Assembly: GCA_963740355.1 (NCBI GenBank) | Contig: CAVUDW010000002.1 | Location: forward strand, 960,001 to 1,024,000 | Direction of reading: 5' to 3' | Origin: an uncultured Gemmatimonadaceae bacterium | Lineage (GTDB): Bacteria; Gemmatimonadota; Gemmatimonadetes; Gemmatimonadales; Gemmatimonadaceae | Length of the DNA: 64,000 bases | Part shown: positions 54,494 through 64,000 of the stretch, piece by piece | How positions within the stretch are numbered: position 1 is the stretch's first letter | Layout: each line of letters starts with the position of its first letter | Notes under the pieces: model-generated | Database searches by the model: none | What the model was told of the DNA's origin: nothing | The model's input: the letters and a program-made list of their open reading frames with translations, nothing else | Program-made: the position numbers and the translations under genes

Positions 54494-56059
54494 ATGGGAC
54501 TTTGGTCACGTAAGAGCGTCACGGACCTGCAGGCGGAAGCCTCGGTCGAGAACGAACACACGCTCAAGCGGTCGCTTGGCGCGCTGAATCTCACGCTGCT
54601 CGGTATCGGTGCCATCATCGGCGCCGGCATCTTCGTGCTCACGGGCAGTGCGGCGGCGCAATACGCCGGGCCGGGCGTCGTCTTCTCGTTCATCATCGCC
54701 GGCTTCGGCTGCTTGTTCGCCGGCCTCTGTTATGCCGAGTTCGCGGCCATGATTCCGGTGGCCGGCAGCGCGTACACGTACGCCTACGCGACCATGGGCG
54801 AGCTGATGGCCTGGATCATCGGCTGGGACCTGATTCTCGAGTATCTGTTCGGTGCGGCAACGGTGGCGGTCGGCTGGTCAGGCTACTTCGTGGCCTTCCT
54901 CACCAAGATGGGCATTCACATCCCGGCGCAGTTCGCCGAAGCGCCATTCGCAGTGGTCGGCACGCACACGCTGGTACCGGCGAAGTTCTGCGTCGACCCG
55001 GCGACTGGCGCCAAGGTCCATGACGCCGCCGGCAAGCTGCTCGACATCGCCAGCTGCGCGGCGCCGTACAACGTGGTGCAGGGTGTCATGAACCTGCCCG
55101 CCGTCATCCTGCTGGTCCTCGTCTCGACGCTGCTGGTGATCGGCATCAAGGAATCGACCCGCTTCAACAACATCATCGTCGTCGTGAAGATGGCGATCGT
55201 GCTGCTGGTGATCGGCTTCGGCTTCAAGTATGTGAACACCGCCAACTGGCACCCGTTCATCCCCGAGAACACGGGTGTGTTCGGTGAGTACGGCTGGAGC
55301 GGTATCCTGCGCGCCTCGGGCGTGGTGTTCTTTGCCTACATCGGGTTCGATGCCGTCTCGACGGCGGCCGGTGAAGCGAAGAACCCGCAGAAGGACATGC
55401 CGATCGGCATGCTGGCGTCGCTGGCCATCTGTACGGTGCTCTACATCGCTATGGCACTCACGATCACGGGTATGGTCAGCTACAAGGACCTGAACGTGCC
55501 GCATCCGATCGACATCGCCGTCTCGCGGTACCCGGCGCTCAACTGGCTCGGCTACTTCGTGGACGTGGGCGCCATTGCCGGCCTCGCCTCCGTGGTGCTG
55601 GTGATGCTCTTCGGGCAGACCCGTGTGTTCTACGCGATGGCACGCGACGGCCTGCTGCCGAACGTGTTCGGCAAGGTGCATCCGAAGTTCCGCACGCCGC
55701 ACATCACGACGATCATCTGCGGCCTGCTGTCGATCTCGGTGGCCGGCATCCTGCCAGTGGGCCTGCTCGGCGAACTGGTCTCGATCGGAACGTTGCTCGC
55801 CTTCGTGCTGGTCTCGATCGGCATCATCGTGCTTCGCAACAAGCAGCCGAACCTTCCCCGCCCGTTCAAGACGCCACTGGTGCCGTTGGTGCCGATCCTT
55901 GGCATCCTGATCTGTGGCGTCCAGATCCTTGGCCTGCCGATCGACACCAAGATGCGCCTGGTCATCTGGCTCGCACTCGGTTTCCTGGTGTATTTCGGAT
56001 ACAGCAAGTCGCATTCAAAGCTTGGGCGCATCGAAGCTGGCCTCAAGCCGCTGGACTGA
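54494..56059 (+). CDS. APC-family amino acid permease
   Basis: GAIIGAGIF, CYAEFA, GSAYTY, FFAYIGFD, RDGLLP. Confidence 0.95.
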   Translation: MGLWSRKSVTDLQAEASVENEHTLKRSLGALNLTLLGIGAIIGAGIFVLTGSAAAQYAGPGVVFSFIIAGFGCLFAGLCYAEFAAMIPVAGSAYTYAYATMGELMAWIIGWDLILEYLFGAATVAVGWSGYFVAFLTKMGIHIPAQFAEAPFAVVGTHTLVPAKFCVDPATGAKVHDAAGKLLDIASCAAPYNVVQGVMNLPAVILLVLVSTLLVIGIKESTRFNNIIVVVKMAIVLLVIGFGFKYVNTANWHPFIPENTGVFGEYGWSGILRASGVVFFAYIGFDAVSTAAGEAKNPQKDMPIGMLASLAICTVLYIAMALTITGMVSYKDLNVPHPIDIAVSRYPALNWLGYFVDVGAIAGLASVVLVMLFGQTRVFYAMARDGLLPNVFGKVHPKFRTPHITTIICGLLSISVAGILPVGLLGELVSIGTLLAFVLVSIGIIVLRNKQPNLPRPFKTPLVPLVPILGILICGVQILGLPIDTKMRLVIWLALGFLVYFGYSKSHSKLGRIEAGLKPLD

Positions 56060-56087
56060 GATCGAAGGACGAGAGCTGGACCTGTGA

Positions 56088-56122
56088 AGCGGCGCCCGGA
56101 TCTCCGGGCGCCGCTCTATTTT
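56088..56122 (+). terminator. Palindromic hairpin plus T-tract after the permease
   Basis: agcggcgcccgga-tc-tccgggcgccgct followed by ctatttt. Confidence 0.65.
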
Positions 56123-56131
56123 CATCGAATC

Positions 56132-57214
56132 ATGTACCCCATGCACGACCTTCTTGAAGTACCCGCTGATCGCCGCGAAGCGATACGCACCCTCGCTGCC
56201 GGGCTCACGCCCGGTATGACGGTGGCCCTCTCGACGCACGTCAACAGCGATGGCGACGGCTGTGGCTCCGAAGCCGCGCTGTCTCGATTGCTGGCGCAGC
56301 GCGGCATCACCACGCGCATCGTCAACCCGACGCCGTGGCCGACGATGTTCCGTTTCCTGCTGGGCGGACCGGTGCAGGACTTCAGCGATCAGGGAGCAGC
56401 CGCACTGCGTGACCCGGCCGTGAGCGCGATGCTGGTGGTGGACATCAGCGACGTGAAGCGCCTTGGCACGCTGGCTGACAGCGTGCGCGAGGCGAAGGTC
56501 CCGAGGTTCTGCATCGATCATCACATCCCCAGCGACGAACCGCCGGCAGAAGTGATCGTCGCCGACACCCGTGCCTCGGCCACCGGAGAGTTGGTGTTCG
56601 ACCTCGCGCAGGTGCTCGACCTGCCGATCGACATGGAGACGGCGACCGCGCTCTACATCGCCATCCTCACCGATACCGGCGGTTTCCGCTTCAGCAACAC
56701 CACGCCGCGTGTGCATGCGATCGCCGCGCAGCTGCTGGCGCGTGGCGTCGATCCCGAGCTGATGTACCGTCGCGTGTATGCGTCGCAGAGCCCGGGGCGC
56801 GTACGGCTGCTGGCCGAGGCACTGCAGTCGCTTGGCGTGGAGGAGGCGATTGGCCTGAGCTGGTTGTCGCTCACTGCTGGCGCGAAGGAGCGCTACCACG
56901 TGACCAGCGAGGAGATGGACGGCATCGTCGAACATCCGCGCTCGATTGCCGGCACGCGCCTCGCCGTGTTCTTCCGCGACCTCGGGCACAATCGCGTCAA
57001 GATCAGCTTCCGCAGCTCCGGCAACATCGACGTCAACGCATTGGCGCGACAGTTCGAGGGTGGCGGCCATGCGAAGGCGAGCGGCGCGCTGGTCAACGGC
57101 AGCTTGAAGGATGTGGAAGTTCGGGTGCTGGCTGCAGCGCGTGCAGCGCTCGCGGCCACGCCGCCAGACCAGACACTGCCCGCGCCACGCGCCAGCGGCG
57201 CGGTCATGGAGTGA
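56132..57214 (+). CDS. nrnA: DHH/DHHA1 phosphoesterase (NrnA-like oligoribonuclease/pAp phosphatase)
   Basis: HVNSDGD, IDHH, TDTGGF, SFRS, GGGHAKASG. Confidence 0.9.
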   Translation: MYPMHDLLEVPADRREAIRTLAAGLTPGMTVALSTHVNSDGDGCGSEAALSRLLAQRGITTRIVNPTPWPTMFRFLLGGPVQDFSDQGAAALRDPAVSAMLVVDISDVKRLGTLADSVREAKVPRFCIDHHIPSDEPPAEVIVADTRASATGELVFDLAQVLDLPIDMETATALYIAILTDTGGFRFSNTTPRVHAIAAQLLARGVDPELMYRRVYASQSPGRVRLLAEALQSLGVEEAIGLSWLSLTAGAKERYHVTSEEMDGIVEHPRSIAGTRLAVFFRDLGHNRVKISFRSSGNIDVNALARQFEGGGHAKASGALVNGSLKDVEVRVLAAARAALAATPPDQTLPAPRASGAVME

Positions 57215-57227
57215 GGCACATCGTCGC

Positions 57228-58973
57228 ATGACGGAGTTTGCCGCCGCACTGCTGCTGGCGCTGATCGCGCTCGGTGGTGCGGGGTATTGCTCATGGCTGT
57301 ATTCGCGATTCCGCAAGCCGTACTACGCCTGGTGGTCGGCGAGCTGGGGATTGTACGCCGTGCGCGTCGGCATCATCATCGGCTTCATCCGCACGCAGCA
57401 AAGCGGGTGGCTGTTCTGGCACCAGGTGCTCACGGGCTGGACGGCGCTGGGCTTTCTCGCGGCCAGCATCAGCTTCGCACGCGGATTGCGCTGGACACCG
57501 AAGCTGGCACTGATCGCACTCTTCCCGGTGGTGTGGAGTTACATCGCGATCTTTGCGATGCAGAACTTCCTGCTGGCGGTCGTGCCGGCGATTGCATTCC
57601 TCAGCGCCGCGACCCTGATCACCGGCATCAGCTTCGCGCGACATGCGCAGCGCACTGGTTCGCCGGGGGCGTGGACCCTCGCCGGTGCATTCACGCTGTG
57701 GGCCGTGCACCATCTCGATTATCCGATGTTGCGCGCGCGTGGTGCATGGGTGCCGTGGGGATACTACCTCGACATCCTCTTCATCCTTGCAGTGCTGAGT
57801 GGCATCGCACTGCTCGTGATCGACGACCTGCGGCGTGGCGTCGAAGCGTTGGCGCGCCTGTCTGCCGACGTGCAGGCGAGCGCCCGCGGTGATGATGTCG
57901 TCGCCGCACTCCTGCAGCGCCCACTCCGCCTGCGCGGTGTGAGTGGCACTGCCTTGTTCGATGTCACCGCATCGACCGTGATCGATGGCGCGGGCAAGGC
58001 GCAGTCATGGCGTGGCGCCGCACTCCCGCCGGCGATTGCGGCGGTGGTGGCGCAGGCCGTACGCGATGGGCGCAGTGCCAGTGCCGCCACACACGCTGGC
58101 GCCGGCGGAGAACGTTTCGTCGCTGCGCTGCCCATCTATCGCGACACGAGCATCACCCACGTGCTGGTCCTGACGGGCGATGTCCGCGATCCCTTCAGCG
58201 CGCTCGACGAAGAGTTCCTGCGAGCGCTGGGGCGCCAGGTGGGCAGCGCACTGCAACAGGCGGAACTCACCTCGCAACTCGAGGAACGGACCGGCGAACT
58301 GGCGCGTCTTTCTTCTCGGCTGGTGGAGCAACACGAGGACGAGCGAAAGCGGCTCGCACGCGAACTGCACGACGAGACGGGGCAGCTCTTCAGCGCGATG
58401 CGCATGGAAGTCGGCGCGCTGCAGGGCGTGCAGGGCGCCGGCGATGTGGCGGCGCGCATGGACGCGCTGGTCACTGCGGGCCTCACCAGCCTGCGACGGG
58501 TGACCGCGGCGCTGCGCCCCTCATTGCTCGACGACCTCGGGTTGCTCAGTGCCATCCGGTCGCTGGTGGCGCAGGTGTCGCGCGAGGGGCAGGTACGGGC
58601 TGTGTTGCACGCACCTGAGGCGATGTCACCGTTGCCGCGTGATCGGGAACTGGCGCTCTTCCGCGCGGTTCAGGAAGGCATCACGAATGTGTTGCGGCAT
58701 GCGCGCGCGACCGAGATGCAGGTGACGATCGACGTGCAAGGCGACAATGTGATGCTGACCGTGGACGATGATGGTATCGGCCCGCCAACGCGGGCCTTTC
58801 TGACGGAGCAGGAACGGGGAGGACATGTGGGACTGGTTGGCATGCGGGAACGACTGGTGGCGCTTGGGGGACGCGTGAGCCTCGAACCCTCACCGCTTGG
58901 TGGGTCGCGACTGGCCGTGACGCTCGGCACCACGATCATGCCGCCGGCGGCCACATCGACGGTGGCATCATGA
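57228..58973 (+). CDS. Multi-TM sensor histidine kinase (GAF-like, HisKA_3, HATPase_c)
   Basis: About 7 TM segments; ERKRLARELHDETGQ, QEGITNVLRHA, DDDGIG, GLVGMRER. Confidence 0.92.
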   Translation: MTEFAAALLLALIALGGAGYCSWLYSRFRKPYYAWWSASWGLYAVRVGIIIGFIRTQQSGWLFWHQVLTGWTALGFLAASISFARGLRWTPKLALIALFPVVWSYIAIFAMQNFLLAVVPAIAFLSAATLITGISFARHAQRTGSPGAWTLAGAFTLWAVHHLDYPMLRARGAWVPWGYYLDILFILAVLSGIALLVIDDLRRGVEALARLSADVQASARGDDVVAALLQRPLRLRGVSGTALFDVTASTVIDGAGKAQSWRGAALPPAIAAVVAQAVRDGRSASAATHAGAGGERFVAALPIYRDTSITHVLVLTGDVRDPFSALDEEFLRALGRQVGSALQQAELTSQLEERTGELARLSSRLVEQHEDERKRLARELHDETGQLFSAMRMEVGALQGVQGAGDVAARMDALVTAGLTSLRRVTAALRPSLLDDLGLLSAIRSLVAQVSREGQVRAVLHAPEAMSPLPRDRELALFRAVQEGITNVLRHARATEMQVTIDVQGDNVMLTVDDDGIGPPTRAFLTEQERGGHVGLVGMRERLVALGGRVSLEPSPLGGSRLAVTLGTTIMPPAATSTVAS

Positions 58974-59623
58974 GCGGACTGGCGCCGTTGCGCGTGCTGG
59001 TGGTCGATGACCATCCGATCGTGCGCGAGGGGGTGCGTCGCATTCTCGAGGCAGCGCCCGACATGCAGGTGGTCGGGGAGGCGAGCGACGGGGCGAGCGC
59101 GCTGGCGTTGGCCGCACGACTGCTGCCCGATGCGGCCGTCGTCGATGTCGGACTGCCCGACATGTCCGGGCTGGCGCTGGTGCGCCTGCTGAAGGATCAG
59201 CGCGCCGAGCTGACGGTGGTGATGCTGAGCATGTACGACGACGCCGAGTACGCGCGTGAGAGCCGTCTGGCGGGGGCGAGCGCGTACGTGGTGAAGGACA
59301 GTGCGGCTACGATGCTGGCCACGCAGCTGCGCCTCGCCGTGAGCGGCACGCGCGGTGGTGTCGCACCGCTCCCGAACGACGAACCCGCCGGGCCAACGCC
59401 GTGGGAGCGCATCGCGCAGCTCACCCCGCGCGAGTGTGATGTGTTACGCGGCATCGCGTCGGGGCAGACGAACAAGGCCATCGCCGCGTCGCTTGGGATC
59501 AGTCCCCGCACGGTCGAGACGCATCGCGAACGGCTGATGCGCAAACTGGGCGTCGGCACGGTGGCTGGGCTGACGGCGCTGGCGCTGGAGACGGGAATGC
59601 TGACGGCGCCTGACCGGTCGTGA
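58970..59623 (+). CDS. NarL/LuxR-family response regulator
   Basis: VDDHPIVREG, DVGLPD, LTPRE..VL..IASG.TNK.IA..LGIS.RTVETHR. Confidence 0.95.
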   Translation: MSGLAPLRVLVVDDHPIVREGVRRILEAAPDMQVVGEASDGASALALAARLLPDAAVVDVGLPDMSGLALVRLLKDQRAELTVVMLSMYDDAEYARESRLAGASAYVVKDSAATMLATQLRLAVSGTRGGVAPLPNDEPAGPTPWERIAQLTPRECDVLRGIASGQTNKAIAASLGISPRTVETHRERLMRKLGVGTVAGLTALALETGMLTAPDRS

Positions 59624-59660
59624 CCGGGCAGGCGCCGTAGAGAACGCGATCAGGTGGGCG

Positions 59661-59708
59661 TCAGGCTGAATGGCTCAGGCTGAGCGGCTCACGTTGAAGG
59701 GCTCAGGC
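59661..59708. repeat. Degenerate 14-bp tandem repeat (TCAGGCTGAnnGGC-like, ~3.4 copies)
   Basis: tcaggctgaatggc tcaggctgagcggc tcacgttgaagggc tcaggc. Confidence 0.6.
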
Positions 59709-60314
59709 GTCGACGGGAAATCCGCCGGTGCCTTCCTTCTTCGCTTCCTTCTTGGCGTCCAGGCCATCGATCGAGCGCAGGTTCGGGCGTGACGGCTCTC
59801 GTGTGCCGACCATCAGCATCTGCTCCTGCGGTGATTCCTTGCCGACCGTGCGCACGGTGCCCTGGCTCTTCAGCACCTTGCCCATCGTCAGCCCGAGCCA
59901 GACGAACAGCGTCGAGACCATCACGCCGACCAACCCGGCCCGCATGGACACCTTCATGAACTGGCCCTTCATGTTCTGGTTCAGCTGCGGCCGGATCTGC
60001 ACGGCGTCGAGCGCGAACAACCCCAGCAGCACAAGCGTGGCGACGCCGATGAGGAGCGAGAGCCAGCGGAGGAAGTGCAGCGTCTTGCGGTCGCCATTCA
60101 TGAAGGCGGCCAGGTGGATCATCGCCATCGGCACGATGGACGACAGCAGCACGTCCATGAACAGGCCGGTCGAACCCACGCGCCAGTTCAGCTCGGACGC
60201 GCGAAAGGGCCAGGTCGTGATCGTGAACTGTGCAAAGAAATTCAAAATCAGCACCGCAGCGGCGAAGTACAGCACGCTGCCAAGCATACGGAGCTGAGTG
60301 GTCGACAAGTTCAT
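59703..60314 (-). CDS. Hypothetical four-TM membrane protein
   Basis: Four hydrophobic segments, charged C-terminal tail, host-like codon usage. Confidence 0.75.
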   Translation of the reverse strand: MNLSTTQLRMLGSVLYFAAAVLILNFFAQFTITTWPFRASELNWRVGSTGLFMDVLLSSIVPMAMIHLAAFMNGDRKTLHFLRWLSLLIGVATLVLLGLFALDAVQIRPQLNQNMKGQFMKVSMRAGLVGVMVSTLFVWLGLTMGKVLKSQGTVRTVGKESPQEQMLMVGTREPSRPNLRSIDGLDAKKEAKKEGTGGFPVDA

Positions 60315-60653
60315 GCAAGCCTCGAGAAAGTGCCGGGGCACCCCACTCCAGCGGCGGAGTCGGGCGCGGGTCGGCGAGCTATGGTAGTCTCGCCCGCGTA
60401 CTGGGGTGGCGCAAGCGAGTTCCTACGTCATGTTACCGACGCAATTACGTAACCCTACGTCTCACAACGGGTTGGCGGATCGCTCCGGTTGCAATTTCCA
60501 TCCCGAAGACGACTCTGTCGCATACCTGCAACACTGGGGCCAGTGGCTATCTTGCCACAGTTCGTACCGCCGCCTGGATCGCCCGTCGTTCGCCGATCGT
60601 TCGCGAAACACCTGCGCCGGCTGCCCCAATTTTCGCCTTCGTCGCCCGTTTCC

Positions 60654-61766
60654 GTGTCGTTGACACCGCAAATCACTACCGCGCTCAGCCGCGTTCAGAA
60701 CGCCCGTCTCGGGACCGATGTGATGTCGGCCGAGATGGTCCAGGACATCGCCACCACCGTGGATGGCAAGGTGCAATTCACGCTCCTGCTCGACAGTCGT
60801 GACGACGCGGCACTGGTGCGTGATGTTCGCCAGGCCGTCGTCGAGATCACGGGGGTGACGGACGTGAAGGTCAACGTTCGTGATCCGCGGCAGCAGGCAC
60901 CGACGCCCGCACGCCAGGGCCGCGCCCTCCCGCTGGCGCCTGACGCCGCCCCGGCACCGACACCACGCGTGGCAGCACCAACTCCGGTGGCGTTGCCGAA
61001 CCTCGGGAAAATCCTCGCTGTCAGTTCGGGCAAGGGTGGCGTCGGCAAGAGCACCGTCAGCGTCAACCTCGCCATCGCCCTGGCCAAGCTGGGCTATCGC
61101 GTGGGATTGATGGACGCCGACATCTATGGGCCGAACATTCCGCTCATGATGGGGCTCGATCAGCAGCCCGAAGTGAACAAGCAGTCGAAGATCATTCCCC
61201 TTGAAGCCTACGGCGTGAAGTTGATCTCGCTCGGCTTCCTGATCGAGAAGGACCAGCCGGCGATCTGGCGCGGGCCGATCGTGATGAAGCTGATCGGACA
61301 GTTCCTCAAGGATGTCGACTGGGGGCAACTCGACTACTTCATCGTCGACATGCCGCCAGGCACTGGTGATGCGCAGCTGTCGCTGGTGCAGACGACGCTC
61401 GTCAGCGCTGCACTGATCGTGACCACACCGCAGCAGGTCTCCACCGGTGATGCATTGCGCGGCGTGAAGATGTTCGAGCGTGTCGCGGTGCCCGTGCTCG
61501 GAATTGTGGAGAACATGAGCTGGTTCGAAAATCCCGAGACGGGGAAGCCGATCGCGATGTTCGGCAGCGGCGGTGGCCAGCAGCTGGCCACACAGGTCGG
61601 TCTCGAGTTGCTGGCGCAAATCCCCATCGATCCGCGCATTGCGGAAGGCGGAGATAGCGGCCGACCGCTGGTGGCCGTTGAGCCCACGGCACCGGCATCG
61701 AAGGTGATCACGGCACTCGCATTGCGCGTTGTGGATGGCATGAACGCGATCGCCGCACGGGGTTGA
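60654..61766 (+). CDS. mrp: Mrp/NBP35 (ApbC) family P-loop ATPase
   Basis: SGKGGVGKS, DADIYGP, WRGP, DMPPGTGD, VTTPQ, VENMS. Confidence 0.95.
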   Translation: MSLTPQITTALSRVQNARLGTDVMSAEMVQDIATTVDGKVQFTLLLDSRDDAALVRDVRQAVVEITGVTDVKVNVRDPRQQAPTPARQGRALPLAPDAAPAPTPRVAAPTPVALPNLGKILAVSSGKGGVGKSTVSVNLAIALAKLGYRVGLMDADIYGPNIPLMMGLDQQPEVNKQSKIIPLEAYGVKLISLGFLIEKDQPAIWRGPIVMKLIGQFLKDVDWGQLDYFIVDMPPGTGDAQLSLVQTTLVSAALIVTTPQQVSTGDALRGVKMFERVAVPVLGIVENMSWFENPETGKPIAMFGSGGGQQLATQVGLELLAQIPIDPRIAEGGDSGRPLVAVEPTAPASKVITALALRVVDGMNAIAARG

Positions 61767-63115
61767 GCATCACGGCGTCGCGTGCCGGTGGCGCGGATGT
61801 GAACCTTGCCGAGGATGCGCTGCTGCGCGTCGTCGTGCGTGTCGGCGTGCCGGCCGTCGCCAGCGCGCTGCTGCTGACGGCCTTCGTCTCGCTCGACTCG
61901 GCATGGGTCGGGCACTTCGTTGGTGCAGCTGGGCTGGCGGCGGTCAGCACATCGATCTTCTACATCTGGATCATCGTCTCACTGGCTGAAATGGTGAGCG
62001 TGGGGCTGACTGCCGTGGCGGCGCGTCGCCACGGTGAGCGGCGCGACGGCGAGGCAGCGCGTGCGGTCGGTGATGCACTGCTGTTCGCGTTCGCACTTGG
62101 TGTGGTCACGGCGATCGCTGGACACCTGTTGTTGCCGCACCTGTTCGAGCTGATGGAAACGCCTGCCGAAGTGACGGCACTCGGCATGCGCTATCTCGGG
62201 ACATACCTGGCTGGTGCGCCGCTGATCTTCGGCTACTTCGTGGTCGATGCTGCGTTTCGGGCGGCGGGCAACACGCGGTTGCCGTTCATCATGCTGTTGT
62301 GCGCCACGATCATTGCGGCGATCCTCGACCCGATCCTGATCACGGGCTGGGGACCATTTCCGGAGCTTGGGATTCGCGGCGCCGCGGTGGCGACGCTCTG
62401 TGTGCGCGGCTCACTCTGCGTGGTTGGCACAATGATGCTCCGGCGACGAGAGTTGGTGTCGTTCGGCAGCATCGACTGGTCACGCATCGGCACGATCGTG
62501 CGGGTCGGCCTGCCGACTGCCGCCACCGGTGTGATCTTCTCGCTGATCTACGTCGTGATGACGCGTACGACGCAGCAGTTCGGCACACCGGCGCTCGCCG
62601 CGCTCGGCCTCGGCCACCGGATCGAGAGCTGGATGTACATGATCGGCGTGGGGTTTGGCGCAGCGGCCGCCGCCATCGTGGGACAGAATCTCGGCGCCGG
62701 CCAGCCGGATCGCGCGGCCCGCGCAGGGTGGCTGACGCTGGCGATGACCGGCGTGCCGGGTGTGATCGCGTGCGTCGCGCTGCTCTCCATTCCAGATCGA
62801 CTGGCGGGCCTCTTCTCGACCGATCTGGCGGTGATCGCGGAAGCGTCGCGCTACCTGCACACCGCCGCCTACGCGCAGCTGATCGTGAGTGGCGAGACGG
62901 TGCTCGAAGGCGCGCTGGGCGGCGCGGGATGGACGTTGCCGCCGATGATCACGTCGACGGCCATCACGTTCGCCCGTGTCCCACTCGCGGCCTGGGCGGC
63001 ATCACAGTGGGGCACCACCGGGATCTGGTGGGTGATCTCACTCACTGCGATCGCGCGCGCGCTGGCGATGGTCGCACTGTGGGCGTCTGGCGGCTGGCGA
63101 CGCGCGACGGTCTAG
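61763..63115 (+). CDS. MATE-family efflux transporter
   Basis: About 12 TM segments; GNTRLP, LDPILI..G.GPFPELGIRGAAVAT, VGQNLGAG. Confidence 0.93.
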   Translation: MSITASRAGGADVNLAEDALLRVVVRVGVPAVASALLLTAFVSLDSAWVGHFVGAAGLAAVSTSIFYIWIIVSLAEMVSVGLTAVAARRHGERRDGEAARAVGDALLFAFALGVVTAIAGHLLLPHLFELMETPAEVTALGMRYLGTYLAGAPLIFGYFVVDAAFRAAGNTRLPFIMLLCATIIAAILDPILITGWGPFPELGIRGAAVATLCVRGSLCVVGTMMLRRRELVSFGSIDWSRIGTIVRVGLPTAATGVIFSLIYVVMTRTTQQFGTPALAALGLGHRIESWMYMIGVGFGAAAAAIVGQNLGAGQPDRAARAGWLTLAMTGVPGVIACVALLSIPDRLAGLFSTDLAVIAEASRYLHTAAYAQLIVSGETVLEGALGGAGWTLPPMITSTAITFARVPLAAWAASQWGTTGIWWVISLTAIARALAMVALWASGGWRRATV

Positions 63116-63157
63116 GCGCGGGTTGCGACGCGCTCTCGCGTCGTCCGATGCGTACGC

Positions 63158-63186
63158 CAGCGAACAACTCAGCGAACAACTCAGCG
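63158..63186. repeat. 12-bp tandem repeat CAGCGAACAACT x2.4
   Basis: Seen directly; overlaps the stop of the last gene. Confidence 0.75.
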
Positions 63187-64000
63187 CTGCACCAGTTCGA
63201 CCTTGCCGAACATCGACTTCACCACGATGCGAACCTTGACTGCTGCCGTGGCGAAGTTGGCGCTGCGCCAGGCACCGTTCGACTTGGTGAACGCGCCGTC
63301 GAACGACTCACGTGCCAGAAGGCCGGGCGACTGCAGTTCGATGCCGATCGTTGGTGGTGCCGTGATGCGGACATCGCCGATGGAGCTGGTCACGACCACC
63401 TGCATGTCGCGGAGCCAGCGTCCACCGAGATCGAGCGACAGGTCACCGATGTCGCCGGCGATTCGTGCTTCGCTGGCGCCGGCGTTGCCGAGCCCGATGA
63501 GTTTCAGCCCGCCAGCACCGACGCTGGCGTCGAACACCGACATCGATTCGGGGTTCGGTGCATCGAAACGCACTGTCGCTGCCGCAGCACCCGTGTTGAG
63601 CGAGAAGCGGCGCAGCGGAAGACCGGTGAGGTCGAGGGTCGCGTCAGCCGCCGTGGCGTCGATGGTGAGTTCTAGCGGCGCGCGGCGCGTGAGTTGCACG
63701 CGCCAGTCCTGCACCGATTCATCGTCGGAACCGTCGCCGTTGCGCGTAGCCGGGCCGCCACCGCGCTGCCCCGCCGTCAGCGTGAGCGTGCGCTGCGCGC
63801 CGTTCCATGCGGAGGTCGGTGCGCTGAATGCATCGCCGAACCGCGAGATGCTGCGATAGAGATACGGCGCATCACTGGCTCCGACGCTGAGCGTGCCCGT
63901 GCCAAGCAGGAGGCGCACAGCCACTGGGCTCGAGTCGTTCAGCAACCGCGCGGATTCGAGTGTGCGGACGTGTTGCGCTGAAACAGGGACGGTGACGGCA
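63181..64000 (-). CDS. LiaF/DUF2154/toast-rack-like beta-solenoid exported protein, 5'-truncated by the window
   Basis: Frame open to the window edge; repeated LDLTG...LNTGA, VGAGGL, IGDLSLDL, SIGDVRITAP, SMFGKVEL. Confidence 0.7.
   Translation of the reverse strand, partial: AVTVPVSAQHVRTLESARLLNDSSPVAVRLLLGTGTLSVGASDAPYLYRSISRFGDAFSAPTSAWNGAQRTLTLTAGQRGGGPATRNGDGSDDESVQDWRVQLTRRAPLELTIDATAADATLDLTGLPLRRFSLNTGAAAATVRFDAPNPESMSVFDASVGAGGLKLIGLGNAGASEARIAGDIGDLSLDLGGRWLRDMQVVVTSSIGDVRITAPPTIGIELQSPGLLARESFDGAFTKSNGAWRSANFATAAVKVRIVVKSMFGKVELVQR

Noticed and set aside
59703..60314. HpsJ-family assignment
   Set aside because: Only a vague resemblance (P.....W motif after TM1); needs a profile search

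Overview
A GC-rich bacterial chromosomal segment of about 52 CDS, mostly housekeeping. A SusC/SusD pair in a high-GC genome, a split atp operon and the overall gene style suggest Gemmatimonadota (inference). Order: 3' part of uvrA; a secreted beta-helix/FG-GAP protein; moxR; atpZ-I-B-E-F-H without atpAGDC; M1 and M20 peptidases; cupin and nucleotidyltransferase; a degenerate LeuA-like protein; an MFS transporter; susC-susD-lipoprotein; cstA-ybdD; an IDH-like gene; a SprT-like gene followed by a REP-like repeat; acyl-CoA dehydrogenase, etfBA and a FadF-like Fe-S protein; a gpmI-PTPS-mobA-dacB-moeA operon; a six-gene peptidoglycan-remodelling cluster; guaB; an APC permease; nrnA; a NarL-type two-component system; a cysteine-free Mrp; MATE. 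No rRNA, tRNA, CRISPR array, transposase or integrase was seen. Three conserved genes (uvrA, MFS, cstA) carry single-base +1 frameshifts, probably assembly errors. The best candidate for an undescribed system is the 46.2-51.7 kb cluster, which pairs a catalytically dead L,D-transpeptidase paralog with an intact one, plus an SH3/OB protein, a lipoprotein and two M15 peptidases. Other leads are a possible attenuator at ~31.9 kb, a LeuA pseudoenzyme and signs of leaderless transcription. All calls are by eye; no database search was run.
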